In this document: in pieces, positions 1 through 8,776 of the stretch | How the letters are laid out: each line of letters opens with the position of its first letter | How positions within the stretch are numbered: the stretch's first letter is position 1 | IMG/VR virus record: IMGVR_UViG_3300025083_000016 | Coordinates: 1 to 64,000 of that record | Reading direction: 5' to 3' (one strand) | Source of the DNA: a virus | Length of the DNA: 64,000 bases | Translations under genes and position numbers: made by a program | Notes under the pieces: generated by a model | Seen by the model: the letters and a program-made list of their open reading frames with translations, nothing else | Told to the model about the DNA's origin: nothing | Databases searched by the model: none

Positions 1-1
1 A

Positions 2-1591
2 GTAAGTCTAGCTTTAGATTTGAATGAGTTAACAGCAGCAGCAGTTGATGTAGCAAGTGATTCTATTGCAATAATCGATGCAAATGCTAGTAATGGATCT
101 AAAAAAGAATCAATTGCTAATTTAGTAACAGCAATTGCAGGAAGTGGCTTAAGTGCTTCAGGCGGCCAGTTAAGTGTATCTGGTGGCTCATTAGCTTCAT
201 TATCTGATACAGATATTTCTTCACCTAGCAGTGGCCAAATTTTAGTTCATGATGATGCAAATTCTTTTGACAACGTGACTTTAAGTGGTGATGCTACATT
301 AGCAGCAGATGGTACTTTAACACTTTCAAGCTCAGCAACTCCAACATTTGCTGGTTTAGATATGAGTAGTAATAAAATAACTAGTTTAGCAACACCAACT
401 TCAAATAATGATGCTGCTAACAAGTCATATGTTGATAGTGTAGCACAAGGATTAGATGTTCAGCCAAGTGTAAGATTACTAATAACTTCAATATCTAATT
501 GGTCTGGTAACTACGCTAACGGCTCTACTCATCAAGGTGTTACATTATCAACAGGTGATAGAATTCTATCAGGCTCTTCACTTGGAAGTCAGTCAGGTAT
601 TTTTGTAGTTCAGGCTTCTGGAGCACCTACTAGACCAAATAATTTTAATACAGGACATGCAGCTGCAGGCACTTTTGTTTTTGTTGAAGAAGGTACCCAT
701 GCAGACAAAGGTTATGTATGCACTAATGATAGAGGGTCTGATGTTGTTGATACTAACTGGTTAGTATTTACACAGTTTACACAAATAAATCTAACTGCAG
801 CAAATCTAGGTGGTATAAATATAAACTCTACAAATATAAAAATAGATGTAAATAATTTAGGCACTGTAGGTAACGAAAATACATATTCTGCTTTAGAGCA
901 GTTAGATACTTTTGCATTTTATGACAATAGTGTAAGTGATACTAAGAAAATTAAGTGGACGTATCTTAAAGGTCAAATTGTACAGAATCCAGGGCATGAT
1001 ATAAACTTAAATACTCACAAAATTCACACTAATGATACAAATGGATCAATAAAACTTGAGCCTAATGGAACAGGTTCAGTTTTAATAAGAGGAAACAAAG
1101 ATAACTCTGGAACAAACCCGGGATCAATCAAGCTAAGTTGTGAAGAGAATACGCACGGTATAACAATAAAAAGTCCGCTTCACAGTGCAGCAGCAAGTTA
1201 TACATTGACATTACCTGTTAATGATGGTGATGCAAATCAAGTTCTTAAAACAGATGGAAGTGGTGTTTTATCTTGGGTCGATCAAGCAAGTGGTGGTGGA
1301 GGTGGAGGATTGACTTACGAACTACATTCTTCAGGAGCAACAATTACAGCTGCATTAAACAAACATTACTCAGTAAATGTTACTAATACGCCTGTTATTG
1401 CTAATTTACCTTTAACTGGTGATGGTCAAATAAGTTTTAAAAATATGAATTCTTCTAATAGTTTAACAGTTAGAGTTACTCAAAGTAATTCTAAAACATT
1501 TGATGGAGTAACTGATGGTGGGATAGTATTGTCTCACAAAGAAGCAGTAACCGTAATTACAAATGGCTCAGGTAATTGGGAGATTAGATAA
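2..1591 (+). CDS. Tail/virion fibre protein 1 (5'-truncated by window edge)
   Basis: The frame is open from position 2 (VSLALDLNELT...), so the TTG at 20 is probably not the true start. Ser/Gly/Thr-rich fibre modules: KITSLATPTSNNDAANKSYVD, YTLTLPVNDGDANQVLKTDGSGVLSW, poly-Gly hinge, C-terminal knob ending GNWEIR. Confidence 0.8.
   Translation, partial: VSLALDLNELTAAAVDVASDSIAIIDANASNGSKKESIANLVTAIAGSGLSASGGQLSVSGGSLASLSDTDISSPSSGQILVHDDANSFDNVTLSGDATLAADGTLTLSSSATPTFAGLDMSSNKITSLATPTSNNDAANKSYVDSVAQGLDVQPSVRLLITSISNWSGNYANGSTHQGVTLSTGDRILSGSSLGSQSGIFVVQASGAPTRPNNFNTGHAAAGTFVFVEEGTHADKGYVCTNDRGSDVVDTNWLVFTQFTQINLTAANLGGININSTNIKIDVNNLGTVGNENTYSALEQLDTFAFYDNSVSDTKKIKWTYLKGQIVQNPGHDINLNTHKIHTNDTNGSIKLEPNGTGSVLIRGNKDNSGTNPGSIKLSCEENTHGITIKSPLHSAAASYTLTLPVNDGDANQVLKTDGSGVLSWVDQASGGGGGGLTYELHSSGATITAALNKHYSVNVTNTPVIANLPLTGDGQISFKNMNSSNSLTVRVTQSNSKTFDGVTDGGIVLSHKEAVTVITNGSGNWEIR
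38..108 (+). repeat. 71-bp dispersed repeat, copy 1 (copy 2 at 3695-3765)
   Basis: Manual alignment gives 68/71 identical nt; encodes AAVDVASDSI(A/V)IIDAN(A/D)SNGSKK. Confidence 0.9.
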
Positions 1592-2106
1592 TGACTTTTT
1601 TGTTTAAAAACTATTCTAATAGAAAAAATATAAAAGTTGTAAAAACAACTGCTTCTAGTAGCACAAATATTTATTTAAATAGCAGTTATCAATATGCTAC
1701 TGGCAGTAGAATTTCATATACACCTTTACATAATAGTGAAGGAAGTAAAGTTATATATGAGTTTTATTGTGCTTACTCATATTTAGACAACGATAATAAT
1801 GCAAGATTTAAGTTACAAATAGGAGATACAGTAGCAACTTTAGGCGACGTAGTAACTAATAGTGACAATTATATAAATAGTGTAGGATCAAATTACAGTT
1901 CTGGTACTTTAAGAGTAAACGATTTAATTACTTTAAGATATTTACTTGATAGTTGGGAAAACGAAAAAGTATTACAGGTTGATGCTAAAAGTACTTCAAC
2001 ATCTTATCAAGGTGCATTAAATTTGACTACCAGATTTGGTGCTACTGGTTTTGGAGATTTATATTTCAATCCTTTTGTCATATGCTATGAAATCTTTGAG
2101 GTATAA
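1591..2106 (+). CDS. Fibre-associated beta-rich protein, paralog A (putative adhesin/tip)
   Basis: TAATG-coupled to fibre 1; MTFL start, GSRISYTP...SKVIYEF core, NPFVICYEI end shared with the next two ORFs. Confidence 0.6.
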   Translation: MTFLFKNYSNRKNIKVVKTTASSSTNIYLNSSYQYATGSRISYTPLHNSEGSKVIYEFYCAYSYLDNDNNARFKLQIGDTVATLGDVVTNSDNYINSVGSNYSSGTLRVNDLITLRYLLDSWENEKVLQVDAKSTSTSYQGALNLTTRFGATGFGDLYFNPFVICYEIFEV

Positions 2107-2108
2107 AC

Positions 2109-2645
2109 ATGACATATTTAAATAAATGTTATAATAATAACAAAATAAAAATTTTAGTTGAAAACAGCCCGAATGCACAACACATTGTCGCTTCTACGCA
2201 TACATCTTTTACTAATATTACATATACAGAAATTGACTACAAGCCTCAAACATATATAGATGGTTCTAAGGCAAGCTTTGTAATTTATAGTACGTCTATT
2301 CTTTTAGATCAAGTATCTAATTCTTCAAAAACAGCAGGCACCTATAGACTAGCAAAAAGCACAGATAATGGTAATACGTGGGTTGAGTGGGGTGATAATA
2401 CTAATTTTCATTTTTCTACTTGGGAAAACTGCTCAATTGATGCTTCTGTCTTAGACATTAATTTTTGTTTAGACACTGCTAGCTGGGATGATACTTTAAA
2501 GCTTCAAATGCAATTAAAATTAAAACAAACTGTAGGCGCAGAATTTAATATACATAAAAATTATCAATTTTATGATCAATCGGGAGATGTTTCAAGTGCA
2601 AATAACGTTTACAAACCTAAAGTAATGTGTTGGAGTATTAAATGA
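2109..2645 (+). CDS. Fibre-associated beta-rich protein, paralog B
   Basis: MTYL start, TEIDYKP...ASFVIYS core, KPKVMCWSIK end. Confidence 0.6.
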   Translation: MTYLNKCYNNNKIKILVENSPNAQHIVASTHTSFTNITYTEIDYKPQTYIDGSKASFVIYSTSILLDQVSNSSKTAGTYRLAKSTDNGNTWVEWGDNTNFHFSTWENCSIDASVLDINFCLDTASWDDTLKLQMQLKLKQTVGAEFNIHKNYQFYDQSGDVSSANNVYKPKVMCWSIK

Positions 2646-3115
2646 CTTTTTTTATACCTACTGATGATAGAAATAATTTGATTTATAACGCAAGCGCAAG
2701 CGCAGTTTCATATCAAAATTTTTATAGTACTACTCAAAGTGATATTGACGGAACTGAAGTTTCTTATGAAGTCAAAAATTCATTTAATGCCAGTTATGTT
2801 GTCTATGATTATACAATACAACAAGCATGGCAAGAAGATTTAGATAGTAGAATATATATTGAGTTATGGCAGCAAACTGATGTTAATGATTCTAGTACAT
2901 ATGCATCTTTAGGTGCTTCTTACAGAGTTACAGAAAAATTTGACAATCAAAGACAAGATAATGTATTAACAGGAAAGTTTTTAGTTCCTATTTATGCAGG
3001 TATTAGAAAATTTAAACTAAGAGCTAGACCAAGAGATAGTGGTAGCTACTACACTTTACATATGGATAGTTCATATAATAGATACACTCCTATAATAAAA
3101 ATGTATATTTTCTAA
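2642..3115 (+). CDS. Fibre-associated beta-rich protein, paralog C
   Basis: ATGA overlap; MTFF start, GTEVSYEV...ASYVVYDY core, TPIIKMYIF end. Confidence 0.6.
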   Translation: MTFFIPTDDRNNLIYNASASAVSYQNFYSTTQSDIDGTEVSYEVKNSFNASYVVYDYTIQQAWQEDLDSRIYIELWQQTDVNDSSTYASLGASYRVTEKFDNQRQDNVLTGKFLVPIYAGIRKFKLRARPRDSGSYYTLHMDSSYNRYTPIIKMYIF

Positions 3116-3230
3116 TAAAGAATCAGTACGTCTTGTACAATTATGGAATTAGAAAATAATGATAAGATATTGTAATAGTATAAAAGAATTTAAATTGCAT
3201 AAATATGAAGCTGGTAATGGCTTTGATTAT

Positions 3231-3238
3231 ATAATTAA
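3231..3238 (+). promoter_or_regulatory. Putative late promoter ATAATTAA
   Basis: ATAWTTA motif in the gap upstream of fibre 2; recurs in other gaps ahead of virion genes. Confidence 0.35.
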
Positions 3239-3274
3239 ATCATATAACTTAGCATAAAAAAGAAAAGACTGAAA

Positions 3275-4930
3275 ATGACAACTAAAAACATAATACCTAG
3301 AAATAATGATGAGGGACAGATTGGATCTAGCTCTAAAAAATGGGCAAGTGCATTTATATCTGACGGTACTTTTGATACTTTGTCTGTTAATGGTCAAGCT
3401 GTATCTGGCGGAGGTGCTACAGCCTTAACAGGACTTTCAGATGTTACAATAACAAGTGTACAGAACAATCAAGTCTTAAAATATAACGGTTCAAATTGGA
3501 CAAATGCAGCTGCCCCTGCAACACTAAGTAATACAGATGATTTAGTTGAAGGATCTAGTAATCTATACTTTACAAATGAAAGAGTAGATGATAGAGTTAA
3601 TGCATTAACTACAGCAGGTATTGGCATTGCTAAATCTTACAATGATACTGCAAATACACTAACTTTAACGCTAGATCTTGACGAGCTTTCTGCTGCAGCA
3701 GTTGATGTAGCAAGTGATTCTATTGTAATAATCGATGCAAATGATAGTAACGGATCTAAAAAAGAGACAATCTCTGATTTGATAACAGCTGTAGCTGGAA
3801 ATGGACTTTCTGGGTCAAGTGGCGTACTCGATGTAGGTGTAGATGATGTATCTATTGAAATAGATTCTGATGTTTTACGAGTCAAGGCTCTAGGTATTAC
3901 TAACACAATGTTAGCTGGTTCAATTGCAGATACAAAACTTAACACAATTTCAACACCCGGAAAGGTTACACTATCAGCATTAGATATTAATGGGGAAAAT
4001 GATATTGGTGCTGATTTATCAGATACAGATTTACTTATTATTGACGATGGCGCTAACGGAACAAATAGAAAAGCTGCTCTCTCTAGAGTTAAATCTTATA
4101 TTGAAACAAATGCATCAGTTTCAAGTGTAACAGACACAATAACAGTTACAGTTGTTAATAGCGGCGGAAATAAATATGCCCTTGATGGTGTAACTCAAAA
4201 AGTTGGCGTATTATCTAAAGGATTTAAATATAAGTTTGATCAAAGTGATGCAACAAATGGCGGTCACCCGTTAAGATTTAGCACAACTCTAGATGGAACA
4301 CATAATAGTGGCAGTGCTTATTTGACTAATGTTACAGTATCTGGTACACCAGGTAGCTCAGGTGCTTATACTTTAATTGATTTAACTCAAGAAACACCTG
4401 GGACTTTGTATTACTATTGCACAGCACATGCAGGAATGGGCGCTTCAGTTCAGACTGAAGGTATTGTTCCTGGCAATGGTCTAAATAAATCAGGCATGTC
4501 TCTTTCTGTCGACTCAACTATAATAACTGGACAAGTCGCAGAAAGTGCTGCAGATGACAATGATTTAATATTAATTTCAGATACTTCAGATTCTGGTGCT
4601 CTTAAAAAAATGACACGTGCTACTTTTGCAGCTGGGTTAGGAGGAGGCGGGACTAGTACAACTTTACAACCTACAGTAACGACAAGTACTCCATCATTTT
4701 CAGAGGCAACATCAGGTACACATATTTGGCTACTTAATGGATCTACAATAACAGTTGCTTTACCTAACTCTGGTATAACAAATGGAACTATATATCACTT
4801 AAAAAACATAAATAGCACTACAGCAACAGTTTCTGGAACCATTGACAATCTATCTAGCAAATCTTTGAGTCAATATGATAATTTAACTGTAGTTGCAACC
4901 GGCAGTGGCAGTCAATGGTATATTATATAA
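3275..4930 (+). CDS. Tail/virion fibre protein 2 with cupredoxin-like insert
   Basis: Fibre modules LTGLSDVTITSVQNNQVLKYNGSNWTN and TDDLVEGSSNLYFTNERVDDRV; insert HPLRFSTT...YYYCTAHAGMG; C-terminal knob ending SQWYII resembles that of fibre 1. Confidence 0.8.
   Translation: MTTKNIIPRNNDEGQIGSSSKKWASAFISDGTFDTLSVNGQAVSGGGATALTGLSDVTITSVQNNQVLKYNGSNWTNAAAPATLSNTDDLVEGSSNLYFTNERVDDRVNALTTAGIGIAKSYNDTANTLTLTLDLDELSAAAVDVASDSIVIIDANDSNGSKKETISDLITAVAGNGLSGSSGVLDVGVDDVSIEIDSDVLRVKALGITNTMLAGSIADTKLNTISTPGKVTLSALDINGENDIGADLSDTDLLIIDDGANGTNRKAALSRVKSYIETNASVSSVTDTITVTVVNSGGNKYALDGVTQKVGVLSKGFKYKFDQSDATNGGHPLRFSTTLDGTHNSGSAYLTNVTVSGTPGSSGAYTLIDLTQETPGTLYYYCTAHAGMGASVQTEGIVPGNGLNKSGMSLSVDSTIITGQVAESAADDNDLILISDTSDSGALKKMTRATFAAGLGGGGTSTTLQPTVTTSTPSFSEATSGTHIWLLNGSTITVALPNSGITNGTIYHLKNINSTTATVSGTIDNLSSKSLSQYDNLTVVATGSGSQWYII
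3695..3765 (+). repeat. 71-bp dispersed repeat, copy 2
   Basis: 68/71 identical to 38-108. Confidence 0.9.
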
Positions 4931-4945
4931 AAAAGGCAAATTAAA

Positions 4946-5320
4946 ATGACATATTTTTCACAAGCAAGAAAATTACATAAAGATTTATATGTAAAAAAAT
5001 CTTTAACAACGCAACATAGCACAACGCCATGGATGCCGAAGCAAGACATTAAGATTACGTCAATAAGCATGTTAATCTTAAATACAATGCCTTCTGGTAG
5101 TGGAAGTACAGTGGTGAGAATATATAAAGACAGAACACTAAGTTCAGAAGAGACTTTATTCAACGGGACTTTTTCTGCAGGTGAAACTGAATCATCTTCT
5201 GCTAGTACTTTTTCCAAAGTAATATTAGCAAATAGCAGAATAACATATTCAATAGTTTCAGAAGCTGCTGGTAATCCTGGTGAATATTGCCTAATTAGAT
5301 TTACATACGAAAATATTTAA
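4946..5320 (+). CDS. Small fibre-associated beta-sandwich protein
   Basis: Follows fibre 2; starts MTYF like the ORFs after fibre 1; alternating beta-strand pattern. Confidence 0.5.
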   Translation: MTYFSQARKLHKDLYVKKSLTTQHSTTPWMPKQDIKITSISMLILNTMPSGSGSTVVRIYKDRTLSSEETLFNGTFSAGETESSSASTFSKVILANSRITYSIVSEAAGNPGEYCLIRFTYENI

Positions 5321-5333
5321 GGAGAAATAATAA

Positions 5334-5591
5334 ATGCAACATCAAGTTGACGCAGATCAAGAAGGAAATCCAATCTATATTAATCTTGAGCTAGTAGGTG
5401 GTAGTTTATTAATAAAAGACCACGATATGAATTTAATTAAAAAAACAATAGGTAATCCAAGTAAACCAAGTAGACCATCAAACGAGTTGTTTGTAGATAT
5501 CGATGAAGCTTATGCGTGGTTCCAAACAACATCACTGTCAAATAGACTAGATCTGGTAAGACAACAAGAACAAAACGAGTCAGGAGAATAA
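5334..5591 (+). CDS. Hypothetical protein, possibly a fibre assembly factor
   Basis: AAGGAG RBS upstream; 85 aa; located within the fibre cluster. Confidence 0.5.
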   Translation: MQHQVDADQEGNPIYINLELVGGSLLIKDHDMNLIKKTIGNPSKPSRPSNELFVDIDEAYAWFQTTSLSNRLDLVRQQEQNESGE

Positions 5592-5593
5592 TA

Positions 5594-7537
5594 ATGGCAA
5601 TATTTAAAAACTTTGATGTAGAAGTAAAAGGAAACAGAGTTACAGGTGGTGAAACAAACACAGGTGTTGTCGTAAACCCATCAGACGGTGATATATGGAT
5701 AGACGGTCAACCTTATGACTCAGATACACTATACCCTCTTTTTGACAAAAGCTGTAAAGCTTTCAAGAATTTTATTACAAAATCAGAACTTGCAGGAAAC
5801 CATTACGTTGGCGGCGGCCAGCTAATAGCGAAAGGTCCTTGTTTATTAAATGGACAAACAACAGGCGTTGCAACTTTAGGCGGACAATTTGACAAGTACA
5901 AGCTAGGTAGTAGAGATCATAATTTAGAAGATGATCAAGTAATAAATTGTTCTTCACCTATGTTTAAATTTACATCTACAGGAAGTAAAAATTTCTATTT
6001 AAAATCCTACACTATGAGTGGTGGTAATTATTATGCTGCTCATCAACCTTACACTTTTATTCAAGGAGACGATTTTTCAAATCCAGAGGCTGTATTGTGG
6101 GGTAATTATGACATGAATACTTACACTTACGGCGCACATGCTTTTCCTTTATATGTAGATACTACAAACAAATATATTTATTTTTTCAATACTTATTCAA
6201 AATCTAATAGTGGGTCTTACTACTATAGGAGTATTGTCGGAGGTATTTCAAGATCTTCTTATACTACTTTAGAGAGTGATGGTGCAATGTCAATTAGTGC
6301 ACATACAGTAATATTAGAACCTAATAGTAATGGAACTTATGGTAATTATCACGATTTTGTGCCAAACAGCTTTTATTATTGTGGGAAAAACAATGATAAC
6401 ACTTTAATGTTTCTTGAGTATGTAATAGACGATGGTGGTTTACAAAATCAAGATAGCACTGATTTGAGAATCGCTGCGATATTAAACGCAGAATCTTATA
6501 ACGTTTCAAACGGTAGTGTTTCTTCTGTTGCAACTTTAACGACATCAAATTTAACTGACTCTACAAAAGCTGTTAAATACATGGTTAATGCACATCCTTC
6601 GAATTTTAAACAGTCTCCAATTAGTGGTGAAACAAATGTTTATTATTCTTATAGACCTATTGCAGACACAAATAAAGAAATTTCATTTATGTTAACCACG
6701 TGGGACAAGTCAGCAAATTCTAATGCAGGTTCAGTTACTATTGATAATTGTACTATGACTTATTCTTCTGGCGTTGTAACAGACTATTTAACATTTCCGT
6801 CTGTAGGGTATAACGTAAACGGGAGACTAACAAGATCTAATTGTTTCATAACAAAAACAGGAACTAGTTATTATTTGCATTATTTACCTGCTTACGGTTC
6901 ACCTGACGTTGTAGCAGCACAATCTGCACCTTCGAAAAACTTAGTGACTTATTCAATTGATGCTACAGACTTTAGCAATTTAACATATCACAGCTCTGTG
7001 CAGGTTAATGCACAAGATTTTGTCCACTTAAATTCTGGTAGAACAAAAATTGCTGTAATAAGTCCAAGCTTTTTGAAAGTATATACATGGAATAATGGAT
7101 GGGTCGAAACAGCAAGTGAATCTGGCAACTTTACAGGTGTAACACAAGATGCAAGTGGTAGAATAATAGGCGTATCAACATTAGCAGACATTGCAGATGC
7201 AACAGCTTCAACAGTAGATGCTAATTTTAAGTTCTTGAATCATAAAGTCCATTTAATCTCTGATTCTTTACCTAATAACGTTACTATAGAATTTGCAAGT
7301 AGTTCATTAACATATACAGGTAGTAATATTTCAACTTCAGTCAATGTGAATGCTTATAATAGTAGTAATGCAAGAGTTGCAAAGAGTGTAACATTAAAAA
7401 TTGACGGAGCAAACGCGACTTTTTCAAATAATACTACATCAATAGCAACTACAACATCAACTAGTGCAGATACAAGTGTAGCAGTTACAGTAACTGGCCC
7501 AGGTCCAATAACAATTTCAGCTGCATTAACACTTTAA
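5594..7537 (+). CDS. Putative virion receptor-binding protein (propeller-like body, C-terminal Ig-like domain)
   Basis: 647 aa, Tyr/Ser/Thr/Asn-rich beta pattern; the C-terminus VNVNAYN...VTLKIDG...VAVTVTGPGPITISA is Ig-like. Confidence 0.5.
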   Translation: MAIFKNFDVEVKGNRVTGGETNTGVVVNPSDGDIWIDGQPYDSDTLYPLFDKSCKAFKNFITKSELAGNHYVGGGQLIAKGPCLLNGQTTGVATLGGQFDKYKLGSRDHNLEDDQVINCSSPMFKFTSTGSKNFYLKSYTMSGGNYYAAHQPYTFIQGDDFSNPEAVLWGNYDMNTYTYGAHAFPLYVDTTNKYIYFFNTYSKSNSGSYYYRSIVGGISRSSYTTLESDGAMSISAHTVILEPNSNGTYGNYHDFVPNSFYYCGKNNDNTLMFLEYVIDDGGLQNQDSTDLRIAAILNAESYNVSNGSVSSVATLTTSNLTDSTKAVKYMVNAHPSNFKQSPISGETNVYYSYRPIADTNKEISFMLTTWDKSANSNAGSVTIDNCTMTYSSGVVTDYLTFPSVGYNVNGRLTRSNCFITKTGTSYYLHYLPAYGSPDVVAAQSAPSKNLVTYSIDATDFSNLTYHSSVQVNAQDFVHLNSGRTKIAVISPSFLKVYTWNNGWVETASESGNFTGVTQDASGRIIGVSTLADIADATASTVDANFKFLNHKVHLISDSLPNNVTIEFASSSLTYTGSNISTSVNVNAYNSSNARVAKSVTLKIDGANATFSNNTTSIATTTSTSADTSVAVTVTGPGPITISAALTL

Positions 7538-7556
7538 ATATAAAAGGAAATATACA

Positions 7557-8081
7557 ATGTCAACTTTAACTGGAATAGATAAAGTATCAAGAACAACTTC
7601 GTTATTTGTAGACGTTGCTAGTTTTGATATGATTAAAGAAAATTTTATATCAGAAGATTTTTTAAACGTTGAATATTTGTTAAATAATAGCTACACAAGT
7701 GTGTCCAATAGCATGATGTCATCTAGCAAAGATTTTATTAATGTTCAAAAGACATTATCAAATCCTGCTTCAGGAAAAGTTAACTTGAACTTTTCTTATA
7801 TCTTTGTAAACGATCAGAATACAAGGCAGGTTTCTAACACAAGCTCGTTGACAAAAAAAAGTATAATTGTAAAAAATGACATTGCTGAAAATTATACAAA
7901 AGCTTCTTCTGAGAATACTGCTACTAAGAGTAAAGCATTTGTTAATGTTCTAACAAGCAACACAGAGTTTTCTAATACTTTAGACTTGGATTCTAAAATT
8001 AAAGCTTCAGTTTTTGTTGTTGCACCTAGTGCTTCAGCACATGTTCCTGTAGTTATTGATTTGAATGATGAATGGACTTAA
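7557..8081 (+). CDS. Hypothetical protein
   Basis: AAGGA RBS; 174 aa Ser/Asn-rich; convergent with the minus-strand island. Confidence 0.6.
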   Translation: MSTLTGIDKVSRTTSLFVDVASFDMIKENFISEDFLNVEYLLNNSYTSVSNSMMSSSKDFINVQKTLSNPASGKVNLNFSYIFVNDQNTRQVSNTSSLTKKSIIVKNDIAENYTKASSENTATKSKAFVNVLTSNTEFSNTLDLDSKIKASVFVVAPSASAHVPVVIDLNDEWT

Positions 8082-8082
8082 A

Positions 8083-8373
8083 CTATTCGCCTAGATCTTC
8101 TATTTTTTGAATAGCAGTATCTGCAACATAGCACCAAGCTGCACTCATCATTCCCCAACATAAAGCATGCCACCAATCCCAAGTTGCGTGTACCTCATAA
8201 GAAACTCGCATTGTGTAATAAATCCAACCTGCATGAAAACCTGTGCAGTAAGAGCACTTAAGCATCTTATCAAGCAGAGGTATTCTGTTATGAATCAGAG
8301 GTACTTTGTTCATAAATCCAAAGGTTAGTCCATACAACGTTAAAAGCTCAAACAGAGATAAATCTGGAAACAT
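8083..8373 (-). CDS. Small membrane protein, DUF1360-like (CxxC)
   Basis: Likely start is MFPDL at 8373, just after the upstream stop at 8381, not 8481. Hydrophobic helices and LKCSYCTGFHAGW, which matches the DUF1360 L-x-C-x-x-C-x-G signature. Confidence 0.6.
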   Translation of the reverse strand: MFPDLSLFELLTLYGLTFGFMNKVPLIHNRIPLLDKMLKCSYCTGFHAGWIYYTMRVSYEVHATWDWWHALCWGMMSAAWCYVADTAIQKIEDLGE

Positions 8374-8380
8374 ATATTGC

Positions 8381-8689
8381 CTACTTTCTTCTTGATGATC
8401 GTCGTTTTTTGCTTTTTTGCTTTTCAGCAGCTGGATTAGTAGGAATAATTCTGCAGCAATCATCTTTTGCTGATTGTTCAAAAATTTCTACAGTATCTGG
8501 TGTACCATCACCATCGCAGTCGAAACCTAGGTCTATTTTTATTTCATTAAGTGCATCGAATAGAAGATCTCGCTCTTTCTTTGCAATTTCAGGCATTGGA
8601 TGTAAGCCACTTCTTCTTGTTAGTTCTAGACTTAACAATCTTGAAACAGCTTCACCCAAGCCAATTTTTACAACTTTTTCTTTACTCAT
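8381..8689 (-). CDS. Hypothetical protein with EF-hand-like Ca-binding loop and basic tail
   Basis: AAGGA RBS; DCDGDGTPDTVE loop; C-terminal KKRRSSRRK. Confidence 0.65.
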   Translation of the reverse strand: MSKEKVVKIGLGEAVSRLLSLELTRRSGLHPMPEIAKKERDLLFDALNEIKIDLGFDCDGDGTPDTVEIFEQSAKDDCCRIIPTNPAAEKQKSKKRRSSRRK

Positions 8690-8725
8690 AAATTAGCTTC
8701 CTTTATCTTTTTATATAAATCTATG

Positions 8726-8733
8726 CTAATTAT
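8726..8733 (-). promoter_or_regulatory. Putative late promoter ATAATTAG
   Basis: ATAWTTA motif on the minus strand upstream of 8689. Confidence 0.3.
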
Positions 8734-8776
8734 AAGTATTTTCTATCAATTATTAATTAAAATAATAGATAATAGA

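Noticed and set aside
3116-3274. tRNA or ncRNA in the largest intergenic gap
   Set aside because: Very AT-rich, with only weak short palindromes; no cloverleaf or stable stem.
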